Assembly: GCA_903908245.1 (NCBI GenBank)
Contig: CAIVRE010000006.1
Location: 85,951-149,950 of the forward strand
DNA: 64,000 nt
Source: Candidatus Omnitrophota bacterium
GTDB taxonomy: Bacteria > Omnitrophota > Gorgyraeia > Zapsychrales > Fredricksoniimonadaceae
Reading direction: 5' to 3'
Below, one piece after another: positions 26,989 to 36,928 of this stretch. The notes beneath the pieces were generated by a model. It saw nothing but the letters and a program-made list of their open reading frames with translations. It did not search any database and was not told where the DNA came from. How positions within the stretch are numbered: the stretch's first letter is position 1; each line of letters begins with the position of its first letter. The position numbers and the translations under genes were made by a program.

Positions 26989-27348
26989 CTACTCGCCCAG
27001 GATCATCCTGACCTTGCTCATCAGATCGCCCATATTCAAAGGCTTGGGGAAAAAAGCGGCCACGCCTTCAGTACGAAAGATCTCCCCCAACTCTTCTCTG
27101 GCAGTAATCACGATCAAAGGGATATGCCGGAGATTCTCATCCGAGCGGGCCTCGGAAAGAAAAGAATACCCGTCCAGGCCCGGCATCATCACATCAAGAA
27201 TAACCAGATCAGGAAGGTCGCAGCGCATACGCGCCATCCCTGCCGCGCCATTGGATTCCAGCAAAGGCTGAAATCCGGCCGACTGGATCTGCTTTTCCAG
27301 AAGCGCCGTGATCCCGGGATCATCGTCCACAACAAGTATTTTTTTCAT
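26989..27348 (-). CDS. Response regulator receiver domain protein.
   Basis: KILVVDDD and DLVILDVMMPGLDG are present. Confidence 0.8.
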   Translation of the reverse strand: MKKILVVDDDPGITALLEKQIQSAGFQPLLESNGAAGMARMRCDLPDLVILDVMMPGLDGYSFLSEARSDENLRHIPLIVITAREELGEIFRTEGVAAFFPKPLNMGDLMSKVRMILGE

Positions 27349-27406
27349 ATAATTCCAGTTTATCCAAATATATTATAACGGCCTAAACCCCGCTGACCAT
27401 TTGTTT

Positions 27407-29518
27407 TCATGATTTTCTTATCGGCAACCTGACGGTCATGGTAGTGCCTTTCCCGGGCTCAGAGGATGCCAGGATCTCGCCGCCATGATTCTTTATGATC
27501 TCATAACTCACGCTCAGGCCAAGCCCCGTCCCCTGCCCCACCGGCTTGGTGGTAAAGAACGGATCAAAGATCCTGCCAATATTCTCCGGCAGAATACCAT
27601 ACCCGTTATCTGAAACCTCGACAACAACCGACGCCCCGTCCACGAAAGTCCGTATGCCAATAACACCCTTCCCCGGGACAATGGCCTGTGTCGCGTTCAC
27701 GATAATATTCATGAACACCTGGCCCAGCCGCTGGGGGAAACAATTGACCAAAGGCAAGTCCCCGTACTCCCGCTCCAGCCGGGCCTTATACCGGATCTCA
27801 TTGCCCACGATCGTGATGACCTTCTCGATGATCTCCCGGATATCCGCGTCAACCTTGACATCCCCCTCGGTCCGGGCAAAGGTCCTCAGGTCGATAACAA
27901 TACGCTTCACCCGCTCCAATCCGTCGTGAAGTTCCGAAAGCAGCTCCCCCATGTCCCGGCGCACGTCCTTCAGCCGCATAGTATCGCGCAATTTCAACGC
28001 CACTCCCGCCCGTCTGCAGGAGTTCTCCCGACAAACAGCGTCGGCCCCTTTCTTGTGAAAGATCACATCATACCCGTCCAAAAGCTCTTCATAGACCTTC
28101 ACATACTGCTCAAGGGTCTCGAGATTGCTCATCACATACGCGAGCGGATTATTGACTTCATGCGCCACCCCCGCCGCCAGCTGGCCGATCGCGGCAAGTT
28201 TTTCTGCCTGCACCAGGCGGCCGTGCGCGCTTTCCAGGGCCGCATTGCTGCCCATCAGGGCCGTCCGGGACTTCTCGATCTCGCTGATCTTGTCATGCAA
28301 ATGCCTCATCATGGTCAAAAAAGCATTGGCCAGGCTTCCGGTCTCGTCATTCATGGAAAGGATCCTGTGATCGATGATCGCATCCAGGTCGCCGCTGGCC
28401 GCCACCTCTTCAAGCCTGCGGATCGGCCGCGTTATCCATACGGCGAAGAAATACGCCACCAAAGACCCCAACCCGAGAAACAGCGAACAGATCTGAAGGA
28501 CACGCCACTTGATCGTGCCCAGACCCTTCAAATAATCCGTCTCGTAAGCACTAGCCCCGATGACCCAATCCCACTTGGGGAAATACATGACCGCGGCCAT
28601 CTTTCGCAGCGGCGCCAGGTCCCCGATATCCTTCCACGGATATTCATACACAAAGTAGCCGCCCGCCTTGAGCTCACGCGCCTGCTGGATCATCTCCAGA
28701 ATGAACAGCCGCCCTTTCTCGTCGCTGGCCGTGATCATGTTCTCGCCGTCGCGAAAACGATTCTTCGAAACAACATAAGCACCCGTTGAGTTATAGACCC
28801 AGAGATACCCGTGTTCGCCGATCTTCTGGCTGGCCATGCGGTCCTTCAACTCGTCCTGGACGATCTTCTCCATATCATAGCTCTTGAAATCCGAATAATA
28901 CATGCCTGCGCCTATGATCCAGTCCTTTTCCGGAACATAGATCAGCACCGCCAACTTCCTGCGCAGTGCCACGCCCTCCGGATCAGCAAAGTCATAACGG
29001 ATCGTCTTGAGCTCATCACCCTTCAGCTGACGGGCCGCACGGACAAAATCCAGGTACTCGGGTATTTTTTCCTTGAAAGGGCCATCCTCGACCTTTTTCC
29101 CGTCATTTTTATGCCCGCCGGATAAAATAAAACGGTCCTGCCCGTCAATAATAAAAACATAACCGCTGCGGCCTATCCCGATCTCGGAAATAAGCGCTAG
29201 CATCCTGGCCTCACTATCGGCACTATGCGACGTCAGTTCGAGCTGGACCATCTTTTTAACATCCAGCACGACCGAACCCAGGCGTTTTTCCACCAGATAT
29301 TCCTCACGCCTGAGGATGCGCTGGACCTCCTCGTAATAAACATCCGCGGCGGTATACCATCCGCCCGCGATCAATCTCAGGTCGCGGCGGACAGTCTCGA
29401 TCGCTTCCATGCGGTAAGTTTGATAGATCTCCAGGCCAAGAATAAAGGTAGGAAGAAAAACAAGGGCAACACCGATGAGAAGGAATTTCCACTTGATGCT
29501 AAAGAACCTTTTGGCCAT
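27407..29518 (-). CDS. Sensor histidine kinase (dCache-like periplasmic domains, HAMP, HisKA, HATPase_c).
   Basis: Two TM segments flank a large periplasmic region. The H-box AAGVAHEVNNPL is present. The C-terminus has G-boxes GTGLGLSVS. Confidence 0.8.
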   Translation of the reverse strand: MAKRFFSIKWKFLLIGVALVFLPTFILGLEIYQTYRMEAIETVRRDLRLIAGGWYTAADVYYEEVQRILRREEYLVEKRLGSVVLDVKKMVQLELTSHSADSEARMLALISEIGIGRSGYVFIIDGQDRFILSGGHKNDGKKVEDGPFKEKIPEYLDFVRAARQLKGDELKTIRYDFADPEGVALRRKLAVLIYVPEKDWIIGAGMYYSDFKSYDMEKIVQDELKDRMASQKIGEHGYLWVYNSTGAYVVSKNRFRDGENMITASDEKGRLFILEMIQQARELKAGGYFVYEYPWKDIGDLAPLRKMAAVMYFPKWDWVIGASAYETDYLKGLGTIKWRVLQICSLFLGLGSLVAYFFAVWITRPIRRLEEVAASGDLDAIIDHRILSMNDETGSLANAFLTMMRHLHDKISEIEKSRTALMGSNAALESAHGRLVQAEKLAAIGQLAAGVAHEVNNPLAYVMSNLETLEQYVKVYEELLDGYDVIFHKKGADAVCRENSCRRAGVALKLRDTMRLKDVRRDMGELLSELHDGLERVKRIVIDLRTFARTEGDVKVDADIREIIEKVITIVGNEIRYKARLEREYGDLPLVNCFPQRLGQVFMNIIVNATQAIVPGKGVIGIRTFVDGASVVVEVSDNGYGILPENIGRIFDPFFTTKPVGQGTGLGLSVSYEIIKNHGGEILASSEPGKGTTMTVRLPIRKS

Positions 29519-29527
29519 ACGATCCTT

Positions 29528-30832
29528 TTATTCCTTGTAATACCCGGCTGCTTCAAACTGCTCTTCCCACTCCCGGGCCACGCTGGACATCGCTTCTTGC
29601 GCGGTGATCGTATCCATGAACAAATACTGGGTCCAGTATTTCTGGGAGACCGCAAGCAATCTGGCATACTCCGGCACGGACCAAAAGTCCTTGAGCATGC
29701 CCATCGAATCCCTCAAAGAACGGTTATACGGGGTCGCGGCGAGGAACTCTTCCGAATTCAGGACCGCCTTATCGCAGGAATAACCCCCCAATCGCGCCCA
29801 TTTCCGCTGAATACCGGGCCGCACGAACCAGTCAATGAACCTGAAAACCTTGTCTTTCTTTTTGGAAAAACTGACCACGGAAAGCCCTTGTCCGCCCAGT
29901 GAGGAATACCGGCCTTTCGGTCCGGACGGATTGGCAAAAAATCCGGTCGATGCGGCATACGGATTCTTTACGGGATTCAAAAGGTCAGGAAAAAAAGCAT
30001 AATAACTCATGACCATCGCCGTCTTCCCTTGAAAGAAGGCCTCATTGACATCCAGATAAGCGTGCTTCCACTCCGGAGCACCTAAAGCATGCAGCTCTTT
30101 ATAGAATTTCAACGCCTCCGCACTGGCGGGGACATCAAGGATCCCCTTGACCTTGTAAGATGCCTGGTCACCCAGGTCAGCCCCCCAGTCCCAGATAAAC
30201 GTCTCCACCCCCATTGTTGTCCCGTCATAATTCTCCGACGCCCAGATATTAACCCCGAAGAAATTCTTTTCAGGACGATAAAAAAATGTGGCAATATCTT
30301 TTAGCTCCAACCATGTCTTGGGAATAGCCAGCGGATATCCAAAACGCGCGAGGAACGCACTTTTTTCTTTCGGGTCTTCAAAAAGATCCTTACGATAAGC
30401 GAACCCCATGGCATCCCCCATCAAAGGGATCGCCCAGTAACGCTTCGATCCTCTGGTATACTCCGCATACCCCGCCATAGACGCTTCCGTCATCCTGTCA
30501 TTGATACCCTTGTCCTGGATCCACTTGGTCAGGTCCACATAATACCCGCCCGTTGATCCACGGCCGAGCCACTGGGAATCGCCGCCGACCAGGTCGTATT
30601 CCTGCGCATGATCGAAGAACGCGGAATAAAACTTGTCCCAGGTGACCTGGACAATAGTCACCTTGATCCCCGTTTCCTTCGTAAAATCCTCGGAAAGCTT
30701 CTGCAAATAATCGGAAGGCGCCCATTTCGCCCACAAGATCGTGATCGTTTCTTCCCCGCGCTGTTCTACCCTTGAAGAACATCCGCCGATACCAAACAAA
30801 AGAAGGAGAATAACAACTGCCAAATTTCTCAT
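29528..30832 (-). CDS. ABC-transporter-type extracellular solute-binding protein (family 1), lipoprotein-like. The start is probably MRNLAVV...; the track ORF extends to 30895.
   Basis: A signal peptide with GGCSS lipobox is present. The SBP fold sequence pattern is present. No adjacent permease is seen. Confidence 0.65.
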   Translation of the reverse strand: MRNLAVVILLLLFGIGGCSSRVEQRGEETITILWAKWAPSDYLQKLSEDFTKETGIKVTIVQVTWDKFYSAFFDHAQEYDLVGGDSQWLGRGSTGGYYVDLTKWIQDKGINDRMTEASMAGYAEYTRGSKRYWAIPLMGDAMGFAYRKDLFEDPKEKSAFLARFGYPLAIPKTWLELKDIATFFYRPEKNFFGVNIWASENYDGTTMGVETFIWDWGADLGDQASYKVKGILDVPASAEALKFYKELHALGAPEWKHAYLDVNEAFFQGKTAMVMSYYAFFPDLLNPVKNPYAASTGFFANPSGPKGRYSSLGGQGLSVVSFSKKKDKVFRFIDWFVRPGIQRKWARLGGYSCDKAVLNSEEFLAATPYNRSLRDSMGMLKDFWSVPEYARLLAVSQKYWTQYLFMDTITAQEAMSSVAREWEEQFEAAGYYKE

Positions 30833-30946
30833 AATAGACCTCTCCGGCTGACGAAAGATTAGAACTTCCTTAATAATAGCAAAAAACCGGGACACATTGA
30901 GTTTTTATTCAATGGCACCCGGTTCTATAACAGTCCCCTCCGATCG

Positions 30947-31384
30947 TCAGACCATTTCGAGGCCGCCTTTACCGATCCGGCGGTAATAACAGCCAAACCG
31001 CGTCTGCCCTTTTGCATCCTTTACATGGCAGGAACCTTTCCCCGCCATTGTCACCAGATAAAGAAGGGAATTCTGTTCGCAGTTCACCCGGACCTCAACA
31101 ATATTGAGCTCATCCCCTGAAGTTTTCCCCTTGACCCAGAGTTCATTGCGCGAGGTACTCCAAAATGTCGCCAGGCCGGACTCAAGCGTATGCCGCAAGG
31201 CTTTCTCATTGGCGTACGCGAGAATAAGCACTTGTTTGGAAACAGCATCCTGCACGATCACCGGGACCACAAGCTCCTGGCACGCGGACACTTTCCGAAG
31301 CTTTTCAAAGTCCATCGAAACAGACGTCCCGTTCTCAAGCGCCGCGTGATCGATCGTCCCTTTGGATTCTTTACGGTTCATCAT
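30947..31384 (-). CDS. hisI: Phosphoribosyl-AMP cyclohydrolase.
   Basis: LILAYANEKALRHTLESGLATFWSTSRNELWVKGKTSGDEL matches the HisI core. Confidence 0.8.
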   Translation of the reverse strand: MMNRKESKGTIDHAALENGTSVSMDFEKLRKVSACQELVVPVIVQDAVSKQVLILAYANEKALRHTLESGLATFWSTSRNELWVKGKTSGDELNIVEVRVNCEQNSLLYLVTMAGKGSCHVKDAKGQTRFGCYYRRIGKGGLEMV

Positions 31385-31390
31385 GATCCT

Positions 31391-32572
31391 TTATTTGTTT
31401 ATGTGCACTATCTTGGCCGGCGGGAACCCGTTAAAATAAGTGGATGAAGCATGTGAATACGCGCCTATATTCTCCGCATACACCAGGTCATGGATCTCAA
31501 GCTCGGGCAACTCGGCAGATAATGTAATGGTATCGAGCGCATCGCAGGTCGGGCCAAATACAGCGGACATCTGGCTGTCGCCCTCCTTGAATGCCTTCAC
31601 AGGATAATTGCAGTGATCGAATATCTGTCCCGAAAAAGTATGGTAAACACCGTCATTGATATAGTAACACGGCTTCCCGTCCCTGACCGCCTTGCCCACG
31701 ACCTTTGCCACAACGGTGCAGGCATCCGCGACCATGAACCGCCCGGGCTCTGCAAGCAAGTGCATATCTGCCGGGAAGAGCCTTGCCATCTCGTTGTTCA
31801 GTTTCTTTGCCAGCACCTTGAATGCCCTGACTTTTCCATCATACTGGACGGGGAATCCACCGCCTATATCAATAATGATCAATTTCTTGTCCAGCCGCGA
31901 CGCAACTTCCTTGATGATATTGGATGAAAGCTGCAATGCCTGTATGTAATTGTTAAAATTGGTGCATTGGCTGCCGACATGAAAACTGATGCCTTCAACA
32001 ACAAGGTCCATTTTGAAGGCTTCCTCGATCAGGTCAACGGCCTCGCCGGGAGACGCCCCGAATTTCGAAGACAATTCCACCATTGATCCGGTATTGGGAA
32101 CGCGTATCCTTAAAACAAGGCCAGCCTGCGGCGCATGTTTCTTTATTTTCTTGAGCTCTTCACTGTTGTCATAGGTCACAAGCGGCTTGTATTTGTCCAA
32201 TGCTTCAAGCGTTTCCACCGGCTTGATCGTATTGGCATAGATGATCTTGTCCCAGATAAAATCCTGTCTTTCCTGGTCCGGCAGGTCTTTGATATTCTCG
32301 TGGACCAGCATGAATTCCGGCATCGACGCCACATCAAAGCTCGCGCCCATTTCATACAGCGTCTTGACGATCTCCGGATTTGAATTCGCCTTCACCGCAT
32401 AATAAGCCTGCACCCTGGGCAAATGCTCCTTGAACTCGCGGTAATTCTGCCGGATCTTTTCATGATCGATCACAAAAAGCGGCGTACCATGCTCTTGTGC
32501 CAGCTTTTGCATGAGGGCCTTTTCATCCTCTGACAGCGTGAATTCAGTGGTCTTTACAGCATTTGCGCTCAT
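31391..32572 (-). CDS. PLP-dependent fold-III decarboxylase (ornithine/lysine/arginine decarboxylase family). It is likely an ornithine decarboxylase supplying putrescine.
   Basis: YAVKANSNPEIVKTL is a PLP-lysine region of the Orn/DAP decarboxylase family. It is adjacent to homospermidine synthase. Confidence 0.7.
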   Translation of the reverse strand: MSANAVKTTEFTLSEDEKALMQKLAQEHGTPLFVIDHEKIRQNYREFKEHLPRVQAYYAVKANSNPEIVKTLYEMGASFDVASMPEFMLVHENIKDLPDQERQDFIWDKIIYANTIKPVETLEALDKYKPLVTYDNSEELKKIKKHAPQAGLVLRIRVPNTGSMVELSSKFGASPGEAVDLIEEAFKMDLVVEGISFHVGSQCTNFNNYIQALQLSSNIIKEVASRLDKKLIIIDIGGGFPVQYDGKVRAFKVLAKKLNNEMARLFPADMHLLAEPGRFMVADACTVVAKVVGKAVRDGKPCYYINDGVYHTFSGQIFDHCNYPVKAFKEGDSQMSAVFGPTCDALDTITLSAELPELEIHDLVYAENIGAYSHASSTYFNGFPPAKIVHINK

Positions 32573-32581
32573 CCTGTCTCC

Positions 32582-34039
32582 TTACGCTACAAAAAAGAAA
32601 TTCTTGAACTGCCACGGGTCCTTATGGTCGAGCTTATTGGAGGGATTCTCCTTGAAATAAGTCTTCCTGTTCTTCAGCGGGGTCCAGTCATAAGCCCTGG
32701 AAACAAACTTGCCAAGATACGGCTTGGCAACCTTCAAAACATAATCATGCGGAAGATCATCCGGAAGGCAAAAACCTTTCCTAGGATTTTCGATCATCCA
32801 CATGGCCGCCGCAATGATACCCAGCGCCACCTGGATCGTGGTCGCATTCTGTCCGGGAGCAAGCTTTCTGGACTCCTCGATCGACAATATGCTTCCTGTC
32901 CACCATGAATTATAGCTATGGCCCATCAGCAAAGCGCCCAGGATATCGTCACCAGAGAGTATTTCATGATCCTGCAATATCCGAAGCCGGGACTGCATCT
33001 CGTAATTGTTCCCCCTCAACTCATGCAATGACATGATCGTTTCATCGCAGGGCATATACGCATAATGGACCGTCGGCCTGTACACCACTTTTCCGTTCTT
33101 TCTTAAAGTCCACTTGTCCGAGATCCCGAAAGCCTCTCCATGCCTGATGACCATGCCTACGATCTCATAATCGGGAACAAATGACCTGACCCATGTGTTC
33201 ATCCCCATCTGGGCAAGGAATACCTGATTCTTTGGGCCTATTTTCGGACAATGCGCCAGCGCGGGAAGCGCCTTCTCATGCGTGCCCCAGCCCATCTCGG
33301 CGGGCGCCGTTCCCTCTTCTCTTAAACCTTCAATGCTCCAGGTCCCGACGAACTCATCGACCTGTTTCGGCCTGTTCGTTATCTGGGTGTCTCTTTCCGA
33401 ACAGTGAATGACTTTCACGCCTATTGCGCTGCCGAGCGCCGCAAAATCCCTGGCATCGATCAATTCCTCAAGCCTGGCAGGGTCCTTCGCCTTGTTTTCC
33501 TTGATCAGCTTATTCGCTATGTCAATAGCGCCCTGTTTGGCAAAATGTGAGATCAGCCCCGGATTAGCCCCATGGTCAACAACAAAAGTGGTCGCATCTT
33601 TCCAGGTTTTGGTCAATTCCCTTAATTTCATCTGCCTTGAGTACAAGGACTTTTCATACGGCGTCGCCGTGAACCTTTCTTCAAAAGAATCCCATACTTC
33701 CACCGACGTGTTCACATAAAGCACTTCATGCTCATGGCACCACTTGACGATCGCACAACAGTCGATATTCCAGGCAAGGTCTACCAATAATCCGCCCTTT
33801 TCCAGGTGCTGTGAAAGGATTTTCCCCATATTCTCCGGGGTGACTTTCTGCCTGAAGAACTTGATACCCCTGGCTGTTAACTCTTTCAGGTCAGCGGCTT
33901 TATCTTCAAGATCAATGATAGTGATATTTTCATTGGGGATATTCACAAGCTTTAACAAGATCGGAACGGTGCACCGTGACACAGACCCGTACCCGATGAT
34001 CAGCACTTTTCTCTTGAACTCGATCATTTTCTCCCCCAA
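32582..34039 (-). CDS. hss: Homospermidine synthase (saccharopine dehydrogenase superfamily).
   Basis: Its length of 485 aa and blocks SERDTQ, GTWSIEG, AEMGWGTHE, VVYRPTVHYAYMPCDE, SIEESRKLAPGQNATTIQV, DWTPL and DPWQF match bacterial Hss as recalled. Confidence 0.75.
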   Translation of the reverse strand: MGEKMIEFKRKVLIIGYGSVSRCTVPILLKLVNIPNENITIIDLEDKAADLKELTARGIKFFRQKVTPENMGKILSQHLEKGGLLVDLAWNIDCCAIVKWCHEHEVLYVNTSVEVWDSFEERFTATPYEKSLYSRQMKLRELTKTWKDATTFVVDHGANPGLISHFAKQGAIDIANKLIKENKAKDPARLEELIDARDFAALGSAIGVKVIHCSERDTQITNRPKQVDEFVGTWSIEGLREEGTAPAEMGWGTHEKALPALAHCPKIGPKNQVFLAQMGMNTWVRSFVPDYEIVGMVIRHGEAFGISDKWTLRKNGKVVYRPTVHYAYMPCDETIMSLHELRGNNYEMQSRLRILQDHEILSGDDILGALLMGHSYNSWWTGSILSIEESRKLAPGQNATTIQVALGIIAAAMWMIENPRKGFCLPDDLPHDYVLKVAKPYLGKFVSRAYDWTPLKNRKTYFKENPSNKLDHKDPWQFKNFFFVA

Positions 34040-34188
34040 AAAATAATTTTAAAAATACGCTGCAGGCTTTTATATTATTCCTGTTCCCGCTGGAACTTTC
34101 GTGCGAAATTCTATCATAATCCGCACATAAATCTATTTTTTTCTTGCACTGTTTTTCACGTCATCATCCTCCAGCGTTCCCGACGGTG

Positions 34189-34878
34189 TCAGAAGCGGCA
34201 AAGAATGCCGGCCGTAAAGGATCCGCCGTCCTGCCAGTCGGACTCAAGATTGACCCACACCCGGTCGTTGACCGGGATATCAACGCCCGCGATCAACCCC
34301 AGGCGGCGCCCCTCAACGGACTTGATCATCTTGCGGCTGGTGTCGAGATTATGGATATAATCCATCAACGTATAGCGCGGCCCGATGTAAGACGTAAAAT
34401 ATTTCATATCATAGGAAACAAGCGCGGAACCCTGCCAGTCCTCAAGGATACCATTATTCTTTTCACCGTTCGCCTTGACCGTTTTAGGGTGAATACTAAA
34501 ATGCTGAAATCCGACAACAGACTTGAGCGGGCCTGATTCGTAAGCCTTGATACGAAAACCATACCCGCCGCCCCAAACAGGATCTTTGTAGGCCATCCGG
34601 TCCCCCGACGATGGATCATGACGGAACGTGCTGTAAAGGCTCGCCTTAAGATCCAGCGACAACCAGTCTGTCAGCCCATAGGATACCGTAAGATAATTTT
34701 GAACGCTGCGCACACTGCCAAGGTCATTCGCCAGATCGCGGCGGCGCACATAATAATCCTGCAACCCCCAGAAAGCCTCTTTCTTCGCCGGCATCTTCGT
34801 ACCATAAGCCGACGCCGCCTCCGCCAATGGCGCAAAGATCAACATGAAAGAGATCATCACAAGAATGGAACGCTTCAT
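34189..34878 (-). CDS. Putative outer-membrane beta-barrel protein.
   Basis: A signal peptide is present. Alternating amphipathic strands are present. The C-terminal residue is Phe. Confidence 0.45.
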   Translation of the reverse strand: MKRSILVMISFMLIFAPLAEAASAYGTKMPAKKEAFWGLQDYYVRRRDLANDLGSVRSVQNYLTVSYGLTDWLSLDLKASLYSTFRHDPSSGDRMAYKDPVWGGGYGFRIKAYESGPLKSVVGFQHFSIHPKTVKANGEKNNGILEDWQGSALVSYDMKYFTSYIGPRYTLMDYIHNLDTSRKMIKSVEGRRLGLIAGVDIPVNDRVWVNLESDWQDGGSFTAGILCRF

Positions 34879-34951
34879 CCCCTGTCCTTTCGCTGATCTA
34901 TTGCGTTGTGAACATTAGAACCCGCGCATAAGCGAGCGGGGGACCAAATGA

Positions 34952-35917
34952 CTAGACCACTAATGATCCCTGCACCGCATTAATGAAATACCCGATCATA
35001 ATGATCGCCGCGGTCGTAATGCCGAAAAATATCAGGATGAGCGGAAGCTTCATCGCCCGGCGGAGCATGATCGCCTCAGGCAAACTGAGCGCGGCAATGG
35101 CCATCATGAACGCCAGCGCGGTCCCCAGCGGCACGCCTTTCTCGAAAAGCACGACCGCGATCGGGACAATAGCCGCGCAGCTGCCGTACATCGGGACCCC
35201 GATCAGGACGGCGATCGGGACAGAAAATATCCCCGTCGAAGCAATGACCGACCGGATCAGCGCCTCCGGCACATAATTATGGATCACCGCGCCGACCCCG
35301 ACGCCTATCACAACCCACAGCCATATCTTCTTCGTGATCGACAACGCTTCCGAATACCCATAAATACAACGGCTTCTAAAAGAACTGAACACCGGAAGCT
35401 GCAACGCGCCGGCGCCTGGTGCGCCGGCAATATCCTCGACCAGATACTTCTCCAGACGCATCTTCCCTAAAACAAGCCCGGCCGCTATCCCGATCGCCAG
35501 GCCGCTGGCCACATAGACCGCCGTGATCTTCCAGCCGAAGACGCTGAGCATCAACACGACCAAATATTCATTAATGATGGGGGATGTCACCAGGAAAGAG
35601 AACATAACACCCAGAGGAGCCCCGGCCTTCATAAATGCCAGAAAAATGGGGATGGAAGAACACGAGCAGAATGGCGTGATCGCGCCGAAGACCGCGGCAA
35701 AGATACAACCAAGTCCGCCGGGGAGGTCCATCCAGCGCTTCATCCGTTCGAAAGGGATAAAGGAACGAAGAACGCCAATGATAAAGATCAGGACGAACAA
35801 CATGACGTTGATCTTGATCACATCATAAATGAAAAACTCGAGCGTTTCGCCCAAAGATGAACCGGGGACGAACCGCAACAGGCCGAAAACCACCCAATGG
35901 CTGAAGCCTAACAGCAC
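34952..35917 (-). CDS. DUF318-family permease (ArsP-like predicted permease).
   Basis: The polytopic protein contains CSCSSIPIFLAFMKAGAPLGVMFSFLVTSPIINE, characteristic of PF03773-type permeases. Confidence 0.6.
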   Translation of the reverse strand: MLLGFSHWVVFGLLRFVPGSSLGETLEFFIYDVIKINVMLFVLIFIIGVLRSFIPFERMKRWMDLPGGLGCIFAAVFGAITPFCSCSSIPIFLAFMKAGAPLGVMFSFLVTSPIINEYLVVLMLSVFGWKITAVYVASGLAIGIAAGLVLGKMRLEKYLVEDIAGAPGAGALQLPVFSSFRSRCIYGYSEALSITKKIWLWVVIGVGVGAVIHNYVPEALIRSVIASTGIFSVPIAVLIGVPMYGSCAAIVPIAVVLFEKGVPLGTALAFMMAIAALSLPEAIMLRRAMKLPLILIFFGITTAAIIMIGYFINAVQGSLVV

Positions 35918-36054
35918 TTATTGTCCTTCTTCTTGTCGCTGCCCGAGCAACATCCGCCAGAACAAGCCGCTTCCGCCATTTTCTTGTCGACCTTATCCAT
36001 CAAGCCGGCCCAGAAACCTTTTTTCGCTTTTGTTTCTTTCTTTTGATCAACCAT
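35898..36054 (-). CDS. Small Cys-rich peptide (~52 aa) upstream of the permease. It is not in the ORF track because it is <60 aa.
   Basis: Hand translation gives MVDQKKETKAKKGFWAGLMDKVDKKMAEAACSGGCCSGSDKKKDNKCC. It is on the same strand as, and overlaps, the permease start. Confidence 0.3.
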
Positions 36055-36135
36055 AAAACACTCCTCGCTTTTTTATTCCGCTGTGTTAAAATTCGTTCCT
36101 GTGAATAATGACATCATCCCTGTCATTATTCCTAT

Positions 36136-36207
36136 GTCCCCTTAGCTTAACGGATAAAGCACCAGCCTCCGGAGCTGGTGATGGGGGTTCGATTCCCCCA
36201 GGGGGCG
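36136..36207 (+). tRNA. tRNA-Arg (anticodon CCG).
   Basis: Manual folding gives a 7-bp acceptor stem with U2-G71, D-arm GCTT/AAGC, anticodon stem CCAGC/GCTGG with loop CTCCGGA, T-arm GGGGG-TTCGATT-CCCCC and discriminator G. Confidence 0.8.
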
Positions 36208-36217
36208 TTCTTTCCTC

Positions 36218-36835
36218 TTAATAATTCTTCGCGCGGACCTCAAACACACTTTTCGGATTCTGGCATACCGGACAAACATTGGGCGTCTGTTTACCCACAT
36301 GGATATGCCCGCACTCGCGGCAGACCCAGACGGTCTCTTCATCTTTAACAAAGATCTTATTATTCTTTAAGTTCTCCGCAAGCTTGCGATAGCGCTCTTC
36401 ATGCTCTTTCTCGACCTTGGCGATCATTTTAAACTGCGCTCCGATCTTCGGGAACCCTTCTTTCTCCGCGACAGCTCCGAACGCGGGATAAATATCGACG
36501 AACTCTTCATGCTCGCCTTCCGCGGCGGCGATCAGGTTCTGATACGTATCACCGACGACGCCTGCCGGATAGGTGGCCGTGATCTCCAGCGGCCCGCCCT
36601 CAAGAAAAGCAAAGAACGCCTGCGCGTGCAATTGCTCGTTATGCGCGGTCTCATCGAAAATAGCCGCGATCTGGTCAAAGCCATCCTCACGCGCTTTTTC
36701 AGCGAACATGTTGTAACGATTGCGCGCCTGCGACTCGCCGGCAAACGCTTTCAGCAGATTCTTCTCGGTGGCAGTACCCTTGATGGTCTTGCCCGCGCGG
36801 TATGAAGCAAATCTTTCCCTTAATTCGGCTTTCAT
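36218..36835 (-). CDS. rbr: Rubrerythrin.
   Basis: Ferritin-like diiron motifs (E...EGEHEE, EKEHEERY) are present. The C-terminal rubredoxin-like domain has CRECGHIH...CPVCQNP. Confidence 0.85.
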   Translation of the reverse strand: MKAELRERFASYRAGKTIKGTATEKNLLKAFAGESQARNRYNMFAEKAREDGFDQIAAIFDETAHNEQLHAQAFFAFLEGGPLEITATYPAGVVGDTYQNLIAAAEGEHEEFVDIYPAFGAVAEKEGFPKIGAQFKMIAKVEKEHEERYRKLAENLKNNKIFVKDEETVWVCRECGHIHVGKQTPNVCPVCQNPKSVFEVRAKNY

Positions 36836-36858
36836 CGCGAACCTCCATGTCGGTTAAT

Positions 36859-36903
36859 AGGGGGGCACTTTACTTAATTCAAAAGAATTAAGTAAAGTGT
36901 CCC
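36859..36903. repeat. ~20-bp inverted repeat with a 4-nt loop between the ABC-F stop and the rubrerythrin start. It is copy 2 of the palindromic element seen after hcp. Coordinates are +/-1.
   Basis: ggggggcactttacttaattc aaaa gaattaagtaaagtgtcccc shares the 20-nt arm with 24018-24081. Confidence 0.7.
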
Positions 36904-36928
36904 CATACTATCACCCCGCGAGGGGAAA

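Noticed and set aside
36136-36207. tRNA gene as a possible genomic-island integration site.
   Set aside because: No integrase, direct repeat of the tRNA 3' end, or compositional break was seen on either side.
36142-36351. 69-aa minus-strand ORF.
   Set aside because: It overlaps the tRNA-Arg(CCG) gene and the rubrerythrin 3' end, so it is spurious.
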